Shown here piece by piece: positions 46,627 through 57,190 of a stretch of 64,000 bases of DNA (positions are counted from its first letter, which is position 1; the number at the start of each line of letters is the position of its first letter). The translations under genes were made by a program, and so were the position numbers. This DNA comes from a virus, in the IMG/VR virus record IMGVR_UViG_3300045136_000267. The stretch is one strand, 5' to 3'. The notes beneath the pieces were generated by a model, which ran no database searches, had not been told where the DNA came from, and saw nothing but the letters and a program-made list of their open reading frames with translations.

Positions 46627-47552
46627 TGATTCAGGATAAATTGAATCTAAATATAGACAAAACACTATTAAAGTTATCCAAGGATCATCCATCTCGTCCT
46701 GTAAACTGGAGATGGCTATTAGCGCTCAGGGTAGTAGACAATAACTCTTTAGAAATACTAGTTGACAAAGAAGATAAATATTTATCCATTGCCATAGAAC
46801 TAGCTTCTAGAATAAAGCAAGCTAATTCATTGCAAGAATATTTAGCTATAAAAAGAGATCTACCCCATGCTTTCAGAGCATGGGAACTCTATGAAGAAGA
46901 TTCTAATGCTTTTTCTAAAGAAATAGAGGCAAGAATATTAGCAAGAGAACAGATACTCACTATTGCTAGCAGATTTAATCTGGAACCACAAGTAGTAAAA
47001 ACATATGAAGCTTTATTTTTTAATGTTTTAGATAGAATAGAGAATAAATCTTATATCTCCTCTATAATATATAATACTTATCTTGACGACGCTTTTGATA
47101 CTTATAAATTGTGGAAACACGTAGCTTACTTTGGATCTCCAGAAGCTTTGGAATTCATTATTAATAAAAGTCCGTCAGAAGATCTTTTAAATTCAGCGGA
47201 TTCACTATCTAATATAGACGGTATTTCCTATGCTAAGCAGTTATTAACTGTCGAATTATTAAAGAACAAAACTAGTGATATGGATACTTTTTCTAATATT
47301 CTTGGTCAGTTTGTAGAGATTGCTAAGCTTTCTAAAGATTTGGATGTCGGGGACGTTAATAAAGATATTACAGAAAGAATTCATGATGTTATTAAGAAGA
47401 TCAATTGGACTGTAGGTAGTCGTTTTGTTAAATTAGAAGAATTGCCAAACGTTTCTGGTTTAAGTATATTAGATTGCGATACTAATAATAAAGAGAGTTC
47501 GATTTATGGCACAGGTGCCGATAATAACCGAGAGAACAGTAGAGAAACTTAG
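46623..47552 (+). CDS. hypothetical protein
   Basis: 309 aa, helical; RPVNWRW, YEALFFNV. Confidence 0.7.
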   Translation: MMIQDKLNLNIDKTLLKLSKDHPSRPVNWRWLLALRVVDNNSLEILVDKEDKYLSIAIELASRIKQANSLQEYLAIKRDLPHAFRAWELYEEDSNAFSKEIEARILAREQILTIASRFNLEPQVVKTYEALFFNVLDRIENKSYISSIIYNTYLDDAFDTYKLWKHVAYFGSPEALEFIINKSPSEDLLNSADSLSNIDGISYAKQLLTVELLKNKTSDMDTFSNILGQFVEIAKLSKDLDVGDVNKDITERIHDVIKKINWTVGSRFVKLEELPNVSGLSILDCDTNNKESSIYGTGADNNRENSRET

Positions 47553-48804
47553 TAAATATCTTGATAGTGTCAATAATCTAGTAGATCAAGGTCATTCTCC
47601 AACTGAGGCTTTGAAGAAGGTAGCCGAGGAGAATAATCTATCCCCAGAATACATTCGTTCAGTTGGAATTGCTTACAATAGTGGACTTACGAACTATTAT
47701 ATTCATCATGAGAAGAGAGCTACTGCATTATATGACACAGAACTTTGTGAGCCTGAGAAAGTTATAAAAGAGCTTTTTACTCCTAGAAGTAAGAAGGCAG
47801 AAGACGTAGATCCTTTCTATCTATATTCTCCTGCCTTTCATGACATCGGTAGATATCGTCCGCCCGAGCCAGTAGTTAAAGCTGCTGAGTTCAGATCTGT
47901 AGAATCTATCTCTAAAGAGATAAATACGCTTATTCAATACAAACGTAAAGAAAAAGAGATTTTAGAATCTGAACTTAAAATGATATATGAATTAGTAGAT
48001 GCTGATCTGAGAAAGATAGCAAGCTACTACGAACGTGATGGTGCTATTGATCCTCATATAGTAAATGAAACTTGCAAGACTTTGAATATAGTGTCAGGAC
48101 CAATATTAAAGGCAGCAGAAGTTCCTGATAATAAACAGTATTATTCTAAGAATACTACCTTCTCTAATAAATTGGAACCTTATAGATATATTATAAGAAT
48201 AAATGAGTTCACTAAGAAAGCTAATATAATTAGAGATAAAATCCAAGTATTAGATAATGAATTAGCTATTATTGACAAGAAATTAGAAGGATTTAAAAAA
48301 AAACTACCTAACCAGTCAGAAAACGAATTAAATTCAGATAAACAAACAAAAACGGCACAAGCAACACCCCCTTCATCACAAATAAAACCTCCTTCATTAG
48401 AAGAAACATATTCTAAATTTGAAGAATCTCGTAAAAAAATATTTGATTTCGCGGCTTCAACTTTCGATCAAGAATCTATATCCTATCCTGGTAGTTTTAC
48501 TCCAGTAGATAAAGCTCAACCAGAGCATAGTAAAGATATATTAAAAGCCAATGCAAATGTAGTTAAAGTTATTTTAACTAATTTAATGTTAAACGATCCT
48601 ATAATCTCAAAATATGAACCAGAAAAAGTACTAGATGCTTATTCAAAATTAGCTGCTCTAGCCCCAGCCGCCATGACTCGCGAAGTTATCATGGTTCCTT
48701 TACTACAGAAGATATTAGAAACTGGTACATTAGATCCGCTAGATGTAGCTAATCTTATTAAGTTTAACCTCCAGATTGCAAAGCACATTGAGAACGTATC
48801 TTGA
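47506..48804 (+). CDS. K-x-A-rich coiled-coil prohead core candidate
   Basis: KKVAE, EKRAT, SKKAE, VKAAE, RKIAS, LKAAE, TKTAQ. Confidence 0.65.
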   Translation: MAQVPIITERTVEKLSKYLDSVNNLVDQGHSPTEALKKVAEENNLSPEYIRSVGIAYNSGLTNYYIHHEKRATALYDTELCEPEKVIKELFTPRSKKAEDVDPFYLYSPAFHDIGRYRPPEPVVKAAEFRSVESISKEINTLIQYKRKEKEILESELKMIYELVDADLRKIASYYERDGAIDPHIVNETCKTLNIVSGPILKAAEVPDNKQYYSKNTTFSNKLEPYRYIIRINEFTKKANIIRDKIQVLDNELAIIDKKLEGFKKKLPNQSENELNSDKQTKTAQATPPSSQIKPPSLEETYSKFEESRKKIFDFAASTFDQESISYPGSFTPVDKAQPEHSKDILKANANVVKVILTNLMLNDPIISKYEPEKVLDAYSKLAALAPAAMTREVIMVPLLQKILETGTLDPLDVANLIKFNLQIAKHIENVS

Positions 48805-48805
48805 T

Positions 48806-49405
48806 ATGCCGATAACAGCACAACCAGATAACCAAGAACTCGAATATATCCTCTCTAATTTTGATGAAATAATTAACAATTATCAGAATGCCAATCTCCC
48901 AGAAGATTTATTTCAACGAATATTAAGTGGTATTTTTATTGGATACATTATTTCAGGAGAGACTCTGAAGAATGTACCAGAAGAAAACAAATATATGGAA
49001 TTACTGAATCTACTTATTTATGCAGGGTTAGCCGGAGTTACTACTACTATTAATAATGAAAATAAAGAAACTCATGGAGGTAGCCCCTACAAAGATTTAG
49101 CAGAAAGAATTACTTATGTATGTTCTAGTATTCACCCGGAATGGACTACATTACTAGAACTTTGCTCTGTAACATCTAAGGTGATGTTAAGCAAAGCAAA
49201 ATCAATATTGACTCAATATAATAAATATGAAATATTGATTGGGTTGTCTTGTTTAATTAATTTATTATTGACAAGTACAATCCTGGACAAAGCAGATAAT
49301 AAGGATGCAATTATAGAGTTGATGCTAGTCTTTGGAGCCAGTGTTGGACTAGCTATTGCATTCTTAAGAGACTTAGGCCTTAGTTTTAAACAACAACAGG
49401 AATGA
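48806..49405 (+). CDS. hydrophobic helical protein
   Basis: ORF track 48776..49405; ATG 48806; several hydrophobic helices. Confidence 0.6.
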   Translation: MPITAQPDNQELEYILSNFDEIINNYQNANLPEDLFQRILSGIFIGYIISGETLKNVPEENKYMELLNLLIYAGLAGVTTTINNENKETHGGSPYKDLAERITYVCSSIHPEWTTLLELCSVTSKVMLSKAKSILTQYNKYEILIGLSCLINLLLTSTILDKADNKDAIIELMLVFGASVGLAIAFLRDLGLSFKQQQE

Positions 49406-49431
49406 TTTAATAGTTACTTAAGGAGTAAAAG

Positions 49432-49998
49432 ATGACTCAGCTAACTAATGAAGGTTTAGCTTTTGTATTACAATCGTATTCTAAAGAACTTGAATCTGCT
49501 CAAAAGAAGGTTAAGAAATTAGCTTCTGCAAAAAAGAATAATATTAAGACAGCTGGTAGCAGATTTAGTATTAATGAATTAGAAGGCGTAAGTCCTGGTG
49601 GTCTAGGTGATTTGCTATTAAATCCCCTAGTTTTAGGTGGTCTTATAGCTGCACTTTATGGTGCCGGTAAGCACGGTCTGATTCCTGGATTAGATACTGT
49701 AAGAGAGAAAATTAATCCTGTGACAGAGGCTGCCACGGGTGCTTTTAGTAATCCAGGGGCTACAGCAAAGAGTCTCAAGAATGTACTTGCTTCCGCCTTA
49801 TCTGATTATGGACCTGCTGCTGGGGTAGGTGCTCTTGCTTCTATTTTGGGTCAGATCCTTAAAGGTGATGGTATCAGTCTGTTAAGCGCAGGCGGTACTG
49901 GTTTAGTTACTGGTGGTGGTCTAGCTGTAATTGATGCGTTAGCTAAAGCCTTAGGTACTAATACGCAAGGCAGTGGATCAGGCGGCGGTAGGGCTTGA
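49432..49998 (+). CDS. glycine-zipper-like virion membrane protein with K-x-A leader
   Basis: KKLAS...IKTAG then GxxxG-rich hydrophobic segments; no Cys. Confidence 0.65.
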   Translation: MTQLTNEGLAFVLQSYSKELESAQKKVKKLASAKKNNIKTAGSRFSINELEGVSPGGLGDLLLNPLVLGGLIAALYGAGKHGLIPGLDTVREKINPVTEAATGAFSNPGATAKSLKNVLASALSDYGPAAGVGALASILGQILKGDGISLLSAGGTGLVTGGGLAVIDALAKALGTNTQGSGSGGGRA

Positions 49999-50121
49999 GC
50001 ACCTACCATTGTCATTAAATAACCATTGATGCCGTTGCTAATAAAAGCAAAAAGCATTGCTTAATATCTTATTTATTAGAATATAAGGATAACAGCATTG
50101 TTTTAAAAATGAACTTTAAAC

Positions 50122-50595
50122 ATGAACATTAACGATGTTAACCCATACACAGAAGAATTTCTCAAGCAAGCTGAATTAGATGTAGGAAAGTTATTATCGG
50201 ATCCTCATGTTTTATATCCTTCTATCGGCATAGCTATCTCTCTAGCTACTAACACTAATCCTTTGATCCCCGCTCTTATAGGTCTAGCCGCTGCAGAATA
50301 TCAAGATCCAAAGATACTAAATGCTATTAACCCAGAAAGTTACGCTAAAGCAAAAATCAAAGAAGAAGTTAGTAAGGCTATATGGCATCCTTTATCCGTA
50401 GCAGGCGCAACAGCCGCCGGCACGTACGCAGGCTCAAGAGTTGCAAATGCTATTGCTACTCAAGGCCCTGGCACAGCTTTAAAGAATATGGCTGCTAGTT
50501 CAGGCAAATTTATTGGACCAGCTGCAGGTGCTACTGCTGCTCTCTCAATCCCAGTTCTATTAAACTTTTTAGCAGATAAAATAATTGGTAAATAG
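50122..50595 (+). CDS. glycine-zipper-like virion membrane protein with K-x-A leader
   Basis: EEFLKQAEL; AGATAAGTYAG, GPAAGATAAL; no Cys. Confidence 0.65.
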   Translation: MNINDVNPYTEEFLKQAELDVGKLLSDPHVLYPSIGIAISLATNTNPLIPALIGLAAAEYQDPKILNAINPESYAKAKIKEEVSKAIWHPLSVAGATAAGTYAGSRVANAIATQGPGTALKNMAASSGKFIGPAAGATAALSIPVLLNFLADKIIGK

Positions 50596-50611
50596 AACTG
50601 GTAACTACGAC

Positions 50612-51706
50612 ATGAAACCAGAATTAGTATTTCCAGTAGTTCTTGCGTCTTATTCTGAAGATAAGATAGCTAGAGAATTATTAAATAATGATTCTATGAT
50701 AAAAATAGCTGGCCCGGGTGATTTTTTAAGAAATGTTCTTAAATGGTTAAGATTTCGAAGAGGAACATCAGTAATGCCTCCAAGCGCAAGATCAACAGCA
50801 GCTCCAAAAGCAGCTCCAAAAGCAGCTCCAACAGCAGCACAAAAAAATCTACCTGATATTAAACCCACAGATGTGCCTGGTGCAGCTAAAGTCGAGCAAT
50901 CTGCTGAGAGAGGCTTAAATGTACTTAAAGAAATTATACAAACTAATAAGCTTGATATAGGAGAAGTGGAAAAGGCACTACCACTAGTATCAGAGTTTGT
51001 GGAAAACGAAAAAAATATCGTTAAACTACCTAGGTCTCCACAATATAAAAAGCAGTTAGTTGAACTCCTCAAGAGACAGTCTGAACTTAGTAGTAAACTG
51101 CAAGATATAGGATTTACTTCTGATAATTTAAAAAAGATTAAGAGCCTCGATCCGGATGAGTTAAAACAAGTTGTAGCAAAGGGAATACAAGAAGCAAAAA
51201 CTGATCAAGCAGCAAAAACTAATCAACCAGCAGATACTGCTCAACTAGCAAATGCTGCTCAAGCAACAAAAACCGATCAACCACTTGATACGACTCAAAA
51301 TAGTAATAAAGAGTCAACCTGGATAAGCGATTTGATAAATAGTTTAATTATAGGTGGTTCTGTACTAGGCTCAGGACACCAAATATCACAATCTCTGACA
51401 AAGGGTGAAAATACTAATAGACAGATTTTAAGAGGCTTAGAACAAAACGCTAGAGGACCAAGCGCTAGTTTAACGGCCCCTACAGATCAAAGAACGGAAT
51501 CAGATCAAGGAGATGGTCCACCGAAACAACAAATACCTCCATTACTAGCTGCAGGCTTAGGTGCTTTACTAATTGGTGGTTTAGCACAACGTAGATATGG
51601 TAACGAGGAAGGCCGATACGATTCATTAGGAGATTCATTATTGCCAATGCTAGCAGGTGGCTTAGTAGGATATGGTGGTGCTGAAGCGATTAATAGGTAT
51701 GTTTAA
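50612..51706 (+). CDS. virion candidate with K-x-A leader and C-terminal Gly-rich hydrophobic segments
   Basis: MIKIAG; LAAGLGALLIGG, LAGGLVGYGG; no Cys. Confidence 0.65.
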   Translation: MKPELVFPVVLASYSEDKIARELLNNDSMIKIAGPGDFLRNVLKWLRFRRGTSVMPPSARSTAAPKAAPKAAPTAAQKNLPDIKPTDVPGAAKVEQSAERGLNVLKEIIQTNKLDIGEVEKALPLVSEFVENEKNIVKLPRSPQYKKQLVELLKRQSELSSKLQDIGFTSDNLKKIKSLDPDELKQVVAKGIQEAKTDQAAKTNQPADTAQLANAAQATKTDQPLDTTQNSNKESTWISDLINSLIIGGSVLGSGHQISQSLTKGENTNRQILRGLEQNARGPSASLTAPTDQRTESDQGDGPPKQQIPPLLAAGLGALLIGGLAQRRYGNEEGRYDSLGDSLLPMLAGGLVGYGGAEAINRYV

Positions 51707-51722
51707 TAAATTTTAATTTAAC

Positions 51723-53123
51723 ATGCTAAAGTTAGTAGAACCATCCTGGAATTTTGGATCTCAAGTAGTTTCCCACGTAAAGATAGCTAGTACTGGAATT
51801 AAAGGAATTGACTATAAGAATCTTGCCAAAGAAACTAGCGAAGAATTTGCTCATGATGTAAAGAATCTTATTAAACCTGCTTCTGGTGAAGAATATGTTC
51901 ATGTAATAGCACTTGGTTCTTTAGAATATTACGGTTGCAACCGTGTAGGTGATGCTTTTGAAGTAGAAGTTTGCAAGAAATATCATCCTACTTTTACTAA
52001 GAAAGCCAAGTGGTATAGAAACCATATTCATCACGATCCTAGCCGTTCTTATGGGGTTGTTAAGTTATCTCATTTTGATCCTAAATTAAATAGAATAGAT
52101 CTTATTGCTGCTTTAAATGCAACTAAAACCGCTGCAGATAGAAACGGTGGTCTAATAGCAGACAAGGAGCTAGAAAAGCTATATTCTGGAGAGACTATTC
52201 CAGTAAGCATGGCTTGCTATGTAAGCTATGACATTTGCTCTGGCTGTGGTCATAAAGCTAAGAACGTATATGAAAGATGTACTCCTAATATTTGTGTAAA
52301 ATATGGAGGTTGTAAAGACAATCTAGGGAAGACATTTGATGATGGTCATACTCTTCATGTGAAGAACCCCGATCCTGTCTTCTTTGATATCAGTTATGTA
52401 ACTATACCTGCCGATAGAATTGCATTTAGTATTGGATTAGTTAAAGATCCTAATGTTTCTATCAAGAAATTAGCAGATGTAGGTCTTAGAAATATTCTGT
52501 ATAAAACTATTGATAAGCCTAAGCATAGATATGAGTTAGTATCAAAGAAAGTAGAACCTAATTCTATAACTCTAACTATTGTTGCTAAAATGGCAGCTCT
52601 GGAAAGACATGGAATTCTTCCAGAGTACAATAAATATACTAGCGCCCTCGCTTCCAGACCTATAGTTCAACTCAATGAACATGTACCTACAGTAATATCT
52701 ACACTTAATAAATATGCTTGTGTGGCTCCTCCATTAGTATTCTTCCGTGAGATATATCCAGTTATTAGAAAGAAAAATCCAGTAAATGCTCATATTGATG
52801 TATCTACTTGTTTCAGAGATTTGTTAAAATCTGCAAGTAGAGATATTGATTTAGAAACTAATCCATATCTACATTATACTTCAGGTGAACTTAATAGGAT
52901 TAAAGTAAACTGGTTAAAGGAAAATTGGTCACTGAATTTAGAAAAGTTGAATAAAGATATTGCTTTTTTGAAAAAACAGGCTAACTTTAGAAGAATACAG
53001 GAAGTAAGAAATCCAGAATTGGCAAAAGAATATGCTCTTTATCAATTAGGTTTCTTACTGGAAAATACAAGAGACGATTTAAAACAAGTACTTGTTCTTG
53101 CTAATCAAATCGGAGATAAATGA
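51723..53123 (+). CDS. prohead maturation serine protease (SH clan) with Cys-rich insert
   Basis: NRVGDAF, WYRNH (His), PVSMAC (Ser), CSGC..C, FFDISYVTIPAD; upstream of scaffold and capsid. Confidence 0.8.
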   Translation: MLKLVEPSWNFGSQVVSHVKIASTGIKGIDYKNLAKETSEEFAHDVKNLIKPASGEEYVHVIALGSLEYYGCNRVGDAFEVEVCKKYHPTFTKKAKWYRNHIHHDPSRSYGVVKLSHFDPKLNRIDLIAALNATKTAADRNGGLIADKELEKLYSGETIPVSMACYVSYDICSGCGHKAKNVYERCTPNICVKYGGCKDNLGKTFDDGHTLHVKNPDPVFFDISYVTIPADRIAFSIGLVKDPNVSIKKLADVGLRNILYKTIDKPKHRYELVSKKVEPNSITLTIVAKMAALERHGILPEYNKYTSALASRPIVQLNEHVPTVISTLNKYACVAPPLVFFREIYPVIRKKNPVNAHIDVSTCFRDLLKSASRDIDLETNPYLHYTSGELNRIKVNWLKENWSLNLEKLNKDIAFLKKQANFRRIQEVRNPELAKEYALYQLGFLLENTRDDLKQVLVLANQIGDK

Positions 53124-54343
53124 TGAACAACGATCATGTTTTTAACAGAATCATTAAATTACTGGATGATATCGCATCCGTAAAAGAGGCCTCGGATACT
53201 AATATGGCTGACAAGAGTTCTGTCAGCAAAACTAAGCCTACGGCTGATCCGCTTGCTAGCGTTGGTTCTTTAGACCTGCCGGATCCGGACGACGCTATTT
53301 CTTATGCTTCTGTCGGGCAAGCTGGTGCTTCTCCAAATCCTGATGCTACCTTTGTAGGAGAAGATCCTAAGAACGAGAAGCCTTCTAAAACTGTAGGCAG
53401 ACTAGACTTTCCTTTGGAAAAGTATAAGAAACATGCTTCTGCAGTTTCAACAGAAGAGTTATTGAGAGATGCTGTCAGCCTTGGCAACTCTATTCTTTTT
53501 GACATTATACAAGAAGAGGAACAGCCTGTAAAACAAGCTCATGTTCCTGCACAAGCTCAAAATACTAATGAAAAGAAAGAAGCTGTAGTAGATACCTCTA
53601 AGTTTGAGCATGTAAAGACTGCTGAAGACGTAGTTCAATTGTCTTCGGGCGTGCTTGATGCTGTTAAGAAGCAAGCTGAATTTCACGCTCAGTTAGTAGG
53701 TGAATATTTATACGGAAACTTGCTATCTAAAAGCATTGTAAAGGCTGCTGAAGAGGAGAAAGTTGACGAAGAGACAGAAAAAGAAGAGGATTCAGAGCCA
53801 GCCGATGATACAGATAACCCAGCTCCGAACCTTCAAGAAGATAAAGAACCTGTAGATGCTTTAGTTGAAGCAGAGGAAAAAAAAAATAGCAACTCCACTG
53901 GAGATTCTGAGGGGTCTGAGGAGGAAACCGAAAAAAGATTGAAGGAGGAGATAGCTGCTGCTGCAGCGGAAAATGCTGCCCAAGAAGCTGCTGAAAAGAC
54001 AGTTGAAGAAGGGTCTGCTCCTGATACTGATTCTTTAGATCTTGAAGAAGCTCTTGGTGCGCTTAATGAAATGAATTCTGCGGAAGGAAGTAATGAGAAA
54101 GAAATCCTTGAAATGCTAGCAACAGCTTTGAGTCAGATTGCTGGCGAGCAAGGACTTCCTCAGTTAGAAGGATTGGGAGAAGGAGGTGCTAAGTTAGCTT
54201 CGGCAATTAAGAAAGCTTCTGCTGAAGGTAAACTTAAGCCATTTAAGCCCAATACATTAGCTAAGAAATTAGCATTAGATTACATGAAATCTTATGTATC
54301 CGAATTACTGACTAGAAGTACTAGAAAGAGAGTAAAGGTATAA
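53120..54343 (+). CDS. acidic scaffold protein
   Basis: Glu-rich; about ten K-x-A sites; between protease and capsid genes. Confidence 0.65.
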   Translation: MMNNDHVFNRIIKLLDDIASVKEASDTNMADKSSVSKTKPTADPLASVGSLDLPDPDDAISYASVGQAGASPNPDATFVGEDPKNEKPSKTVGRLDFPLEKYKKHASAVSTEELLRDAVSLGNSILFDIIQEEEQPVKQAHVPAQAQNTNEKKEAVVDTSKFEHVKTAEDVVQLSSGVLDAVKKQAEFHAQLVGEYLYGNLLSKSIVKAAEEEKVDEETEKEEDSEPADDTDNPAPNLQEDKEPVDALVEAEEKKNSNSTGDSEGSEEETEKRLKEEIAAAAAENAAQEAAEKTVEEGSAPDTDSLDLEEALGALNEMNSAEGSNEKEILEMLATALSQIAGEQGLPQLEGLGEGGAKLASAIKKASAEGKLKPFKPNTLAKKLALDYMKSYVSELLTRSTRKRVKV

Positions 54344-54360
54344 CTTGGAGATCCTAAACC

Positions 54361-54744
54361 ATGAAACAGTTAGATAATGAGAAGCTCATTGCTTTGATGA
54401 ATATCTACAATGAGCTTACTAAAAGAGTAGGTGATTATTATACGAAGGAAGCTCAATATAAAGAGCATGCTTCGTCTTTAGCAGATCAAATTATTAATGA
54501 TTTGCGAGAAGCGAACTTGATTAATGAAGATCAATCTAATAAATTGAAAGAGAATTTATTGAAAAGTGCTACTGCTGCTTTGACTACTTTAAGTGAAGTA
54601 GCAAAGAATGTAGCCAACTCTAATATTAATTCTCTTGGAACTCCATATTCCGTTGCTGGTGATAGATTCTCTGGTAAGAATGTATTCTCTAGCAGATATG
54701 TGGAGTTTGATGGTTTGACTTTAGACAAGACTAGATACTTGTAA
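54361..54744 (+). CDS. small scaffold/core candidate
   Basis: TKEAQ, LKSAT; helical. Confidence 0.6.
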   Translation: MKQLDNEKLIALMNIYNELTKRVGDYYTKEAQYKEHASSLADQIINDLREANLINEDQSNKLKENLLKSATAALTTLSEVAKNVANSNINSLGTPYSVAGDRFSGKNVFSSRYVEFDGLTLDKTRYL

Positions 54745-54764
54745 TAAATAGTAGGAGATAAAAA

Positions 54765-55373
54765 ATGCCGGTAACTCAAGTATTCACTAATCAACTTAAT
54801 TTCGTGGCCGGTTATTTCGGTCGCGGGATGTTACAGAAGGTTGTATTACCTGCTGATACTAGCAAAGCCTTTGCCGTTGCAGGTCGCTGCGGTTATTTAG
54901 ATAACAACGGCAAATGGGTTCACGGTCCTTGTCCGATTGGTAAAGGCGTTCCGTTCTTTGTATGGCGCGGTGTTAATAACTTTGACACTACTAATGACGG
55001 TACTGATTCTGGTGACTCTTCTCTGAGACACTGGATTTCTAGCAACGCTAGAGGCTTCATCACTTGCTTTGCTGGTACTGGAGGGTATGAATTCCAAACC
55101 ACCGAATTCGTATCTGGCACCTATAACAATGGTGATGCCCTGACTGTAGGTACTGCTTCTGGGGAAGAGGGTAAGTTAAAAGCCTTATCTGGAACTTTAT
55201 ATGCTGCTAACACGCCTGCTGTAGTGGGTTTTGCTAGCCCGTTCCACCAGACTCCTGAAAACTTCTTGACTAGCAGCGTTGCCAATCAAGCTAATGCTGT
55301 TCCTATTGGGACTAATGCACATGGTAAGTCTGTGTTAAACTTCCATACCTGGTTTATTCCGAGATCGGCTTAA
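54765..55373 (+). CDS. capsid decoration/cement protein candidate
   Basis: Gly-rich beta protein directly before the MCP; RBS aggag. Confidence 0.55.
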   Translation: MPVTQVFTNQLNFVAGYFGRGMLQKVVLPADTSKAFAVAGRCGYLDNNGKWVHGPCPIGKGVPFFVWRGVNNFDTTNDGTDSGDSSLRHWISSNARGFITCFAGTGGYEFQTTEFVSGTYNNGDALTVGTASGEEGKLKALSGTLYAANTPAVVGFASPFHQTPENFLTSSVANQANAVPIGTNAHGKSVLNFHTWFIPRSA

Positions 55374-55408
55374 TAATTAACATTTAAAATAGATAGGAGC
55401 TATAGAAA

Positions 55409-56335
55409 ATGGCCATAAAGACTACGTTACGTAATGAAGCATTTCTTAATGAAGTGCAATCTGGTTCGCCTCAGCTAGTTAAGCAGGCCCAGGAGAGAAT
55501 GACCTCTATGGTCCGCTTAATGGTGCGTGAAGGTGCTGTAGATAGACAGGTACTCGTTCCAGAGTACATCACGTATAGCGATCTTGATCGTCAGGTTGAT
55601 ACTGATGTTATGGTCAAGATCGTGGATGTGGAACCGAATAGCCCTGCTGCTTTCAGCGTAGGCTTTGGTTCTGCTTCTCCGATGTTCTGGATCGCGGCTA
55701 GACGTGTTCGTGCTACGTTTAACCGCATCAAGACTAATGAAGCTCTGTATGATATTGAACTTCTTGGTACCTGGGAGATGGATATCCAGGAAGTCATCGC
55801 TAATAACATGATTCGCGATATCTTGGCTAGAGAAGACGGTGGCTTCTTTAATGCTGTAAATGACTTCGTTGGTGCTGCTGACGCTGTTAATAGCGTAACC
55901 CAGTCCGTTACTTATGCCACTATTTATGGTGGTTATACTAGAGAAACTCTTCAGGAAGCGGCTGCCGTTATGTTGAAATCGGCATATCGTCTGCAGCCTG
56001 TAACTGTAGTAATTAATACAGTTACTGCTAGAAGATTGATGTCACTTGGTCGTGAAGAGTTGGGTGACGATTCTGCTGGTAGAATCTTCCGTGAAGGGTT
56101 CTCGCAGTGGAAGTTCGATAACCTCAACTGGGTAGTCACTAGCAAGCGTCATATCGTGGCTGACGATGAAATGTATTTCTTTGCCGACCCGCGTGCGGTA
56201 GGTAAGTTCTACATTCTGAATGATACCACTACCCATCTGACCGTTGACGGTCATGACCTGAGATTCTATTCGTCTCAGACTTACTCGCAAGTTGTTGTGA
56301 ACGTTGCCGGTTTAGCCAAAGTACGCTTCGCGTAA
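55409..56335 (+). CDS. major capsid protein (HK97 fold)
   Basis: 308 aa; DILAREDGGFF spine-helix-like segment, position after protease/scaffold, biased codons, N-terminal LVKQAQ. Confidence 0.8.
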   Translation: MAIKTTLRNEAFLNEVQSGSPQLVKQAQERMTSMVRLMVREGAVDRQVLVPEYITYSDLDRQVDTDVMVKIVDVEPNSPAAFSVGFGSASPMFWIAARRVRATFNRIKTNEALYDIELLGTWEMDIQEVIANNMIRDILAREDGGFFNAVNDFVGAADAVNSVTQSVTYATIYGGYTRETLQEAAAVMLKSAYRLQPVTVVINTVTARRLMSLGREELGDDSAGRIFREGFSQWKFDNLNWVVTSKRHIVADDEMYFFADPRAVGKFYILNDTTTHLTVDGHDLRFYSSQTYSQVVVNVAGLAKVRFA

Positions 56336-56353
56336 TGGCAGGAGGATAATTAT

Positions 56354-56749
56354 ATGGAACTTAATACTAAGATGGCTTCTGATGCCGTTCAGAAGCTTAT
56401 CAAAGATTGGTATGTGCCTGCCTTTATGACTAAATTGGCGGAGTATGGAATCAAGACTGATGATCCTGAGACTGTACAGAAGCTGTTTAGTATGGCGGCA
56501 ACTTTAGCTACTCTGAATGAATATGGCAGAATTCAGAAAGAGAATGCTGAGGCTAATGCTCTGAAAGCTGCCGTAAAGACTGCTGCTGATGATCTTGCTG
56601 CTCTTGTCAGTGGTAAGACTGTTCAGAAGCAGAATAAAGAGTTAGTAGATGCTGCTGTTTGCCGCAATGCGGTCGTGGATGATCCAGAGCTTAGAAAAGC
56701 CGCTTTGATTTATGGCTATCTAACCTCTGGTGGTAAAGTAGGAGACTAG
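56354..56749 (+). CDS. K-x-A-rich head protein
   Basis: TKMAS, TKLAE, LKAAVKTAA, RKAAL; RBS aggagg. Confidence 0.65.
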   Translation: MELNTKMASDAVQKLIKDWYVPAFMTKLAEYGIKTDDPETVQKLFSMAATLATLNEYGRIQKENAEANALKAAVKTAADDLAALVSGKTVQKQNKELVDAAVCRNAVVDDPELRKAALIYGYLTSGGKVGD

Positions 56750-56753
56750 ATAA

Positions 56754-57134
56754 ATGCAATATACATATAATAGTTCCATTTTTCAAATATCTACTAGCTC
56801 TAAAATGGTCTGTTTATGCACTATCATAAAGAATACTTCGTCTAGCAGTGTTTTTGTTCTGGTACCACGGCATGGTAAAACTGTAGCTCCTAATGAGCAA
56901 GTTGTATTTGTTGGTAGTATTGCCGACTGGCTTCAGTCTAAAAGGTACAGAACTAGAAACTCTGTATTGAGACTATTTGATGCATCTACCGGTAATGAAA
57001 ACTTTAATAAATGTGTTATCCAACAGACTCCTGTTCCACACTTGTTCAACTCTGGGGGTACTGGTAATACTAAGATTATTGCTATATCTGGTGGTACCGA
57101 TACTTTCGGTATAGCTAACCCTTGCTGGGCTTAG
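56754..57134 (+). CDS. small virion structural candidate
   Basis: last ORF before the capsid-operon terminator; start may be internal (MVCLCT). Confidence 0.55.
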   Translation: MQYTYNSSIFQISTSSKMVCLCTIIKNTSSSSVFVLVPRHGKTVAPNEQVVFVGSIADWLQSKRYRTRNSVLRLFDASTGNENFNKCVIQQTPVPHLFNSGGTGNTKIIAISGGTDTFGIANPCWA

Positions 57135-57190
57135 TTTTAATACTTTACTTTATTTAATCTTTGTAGACTCATATTTTTATTGTATACTTT

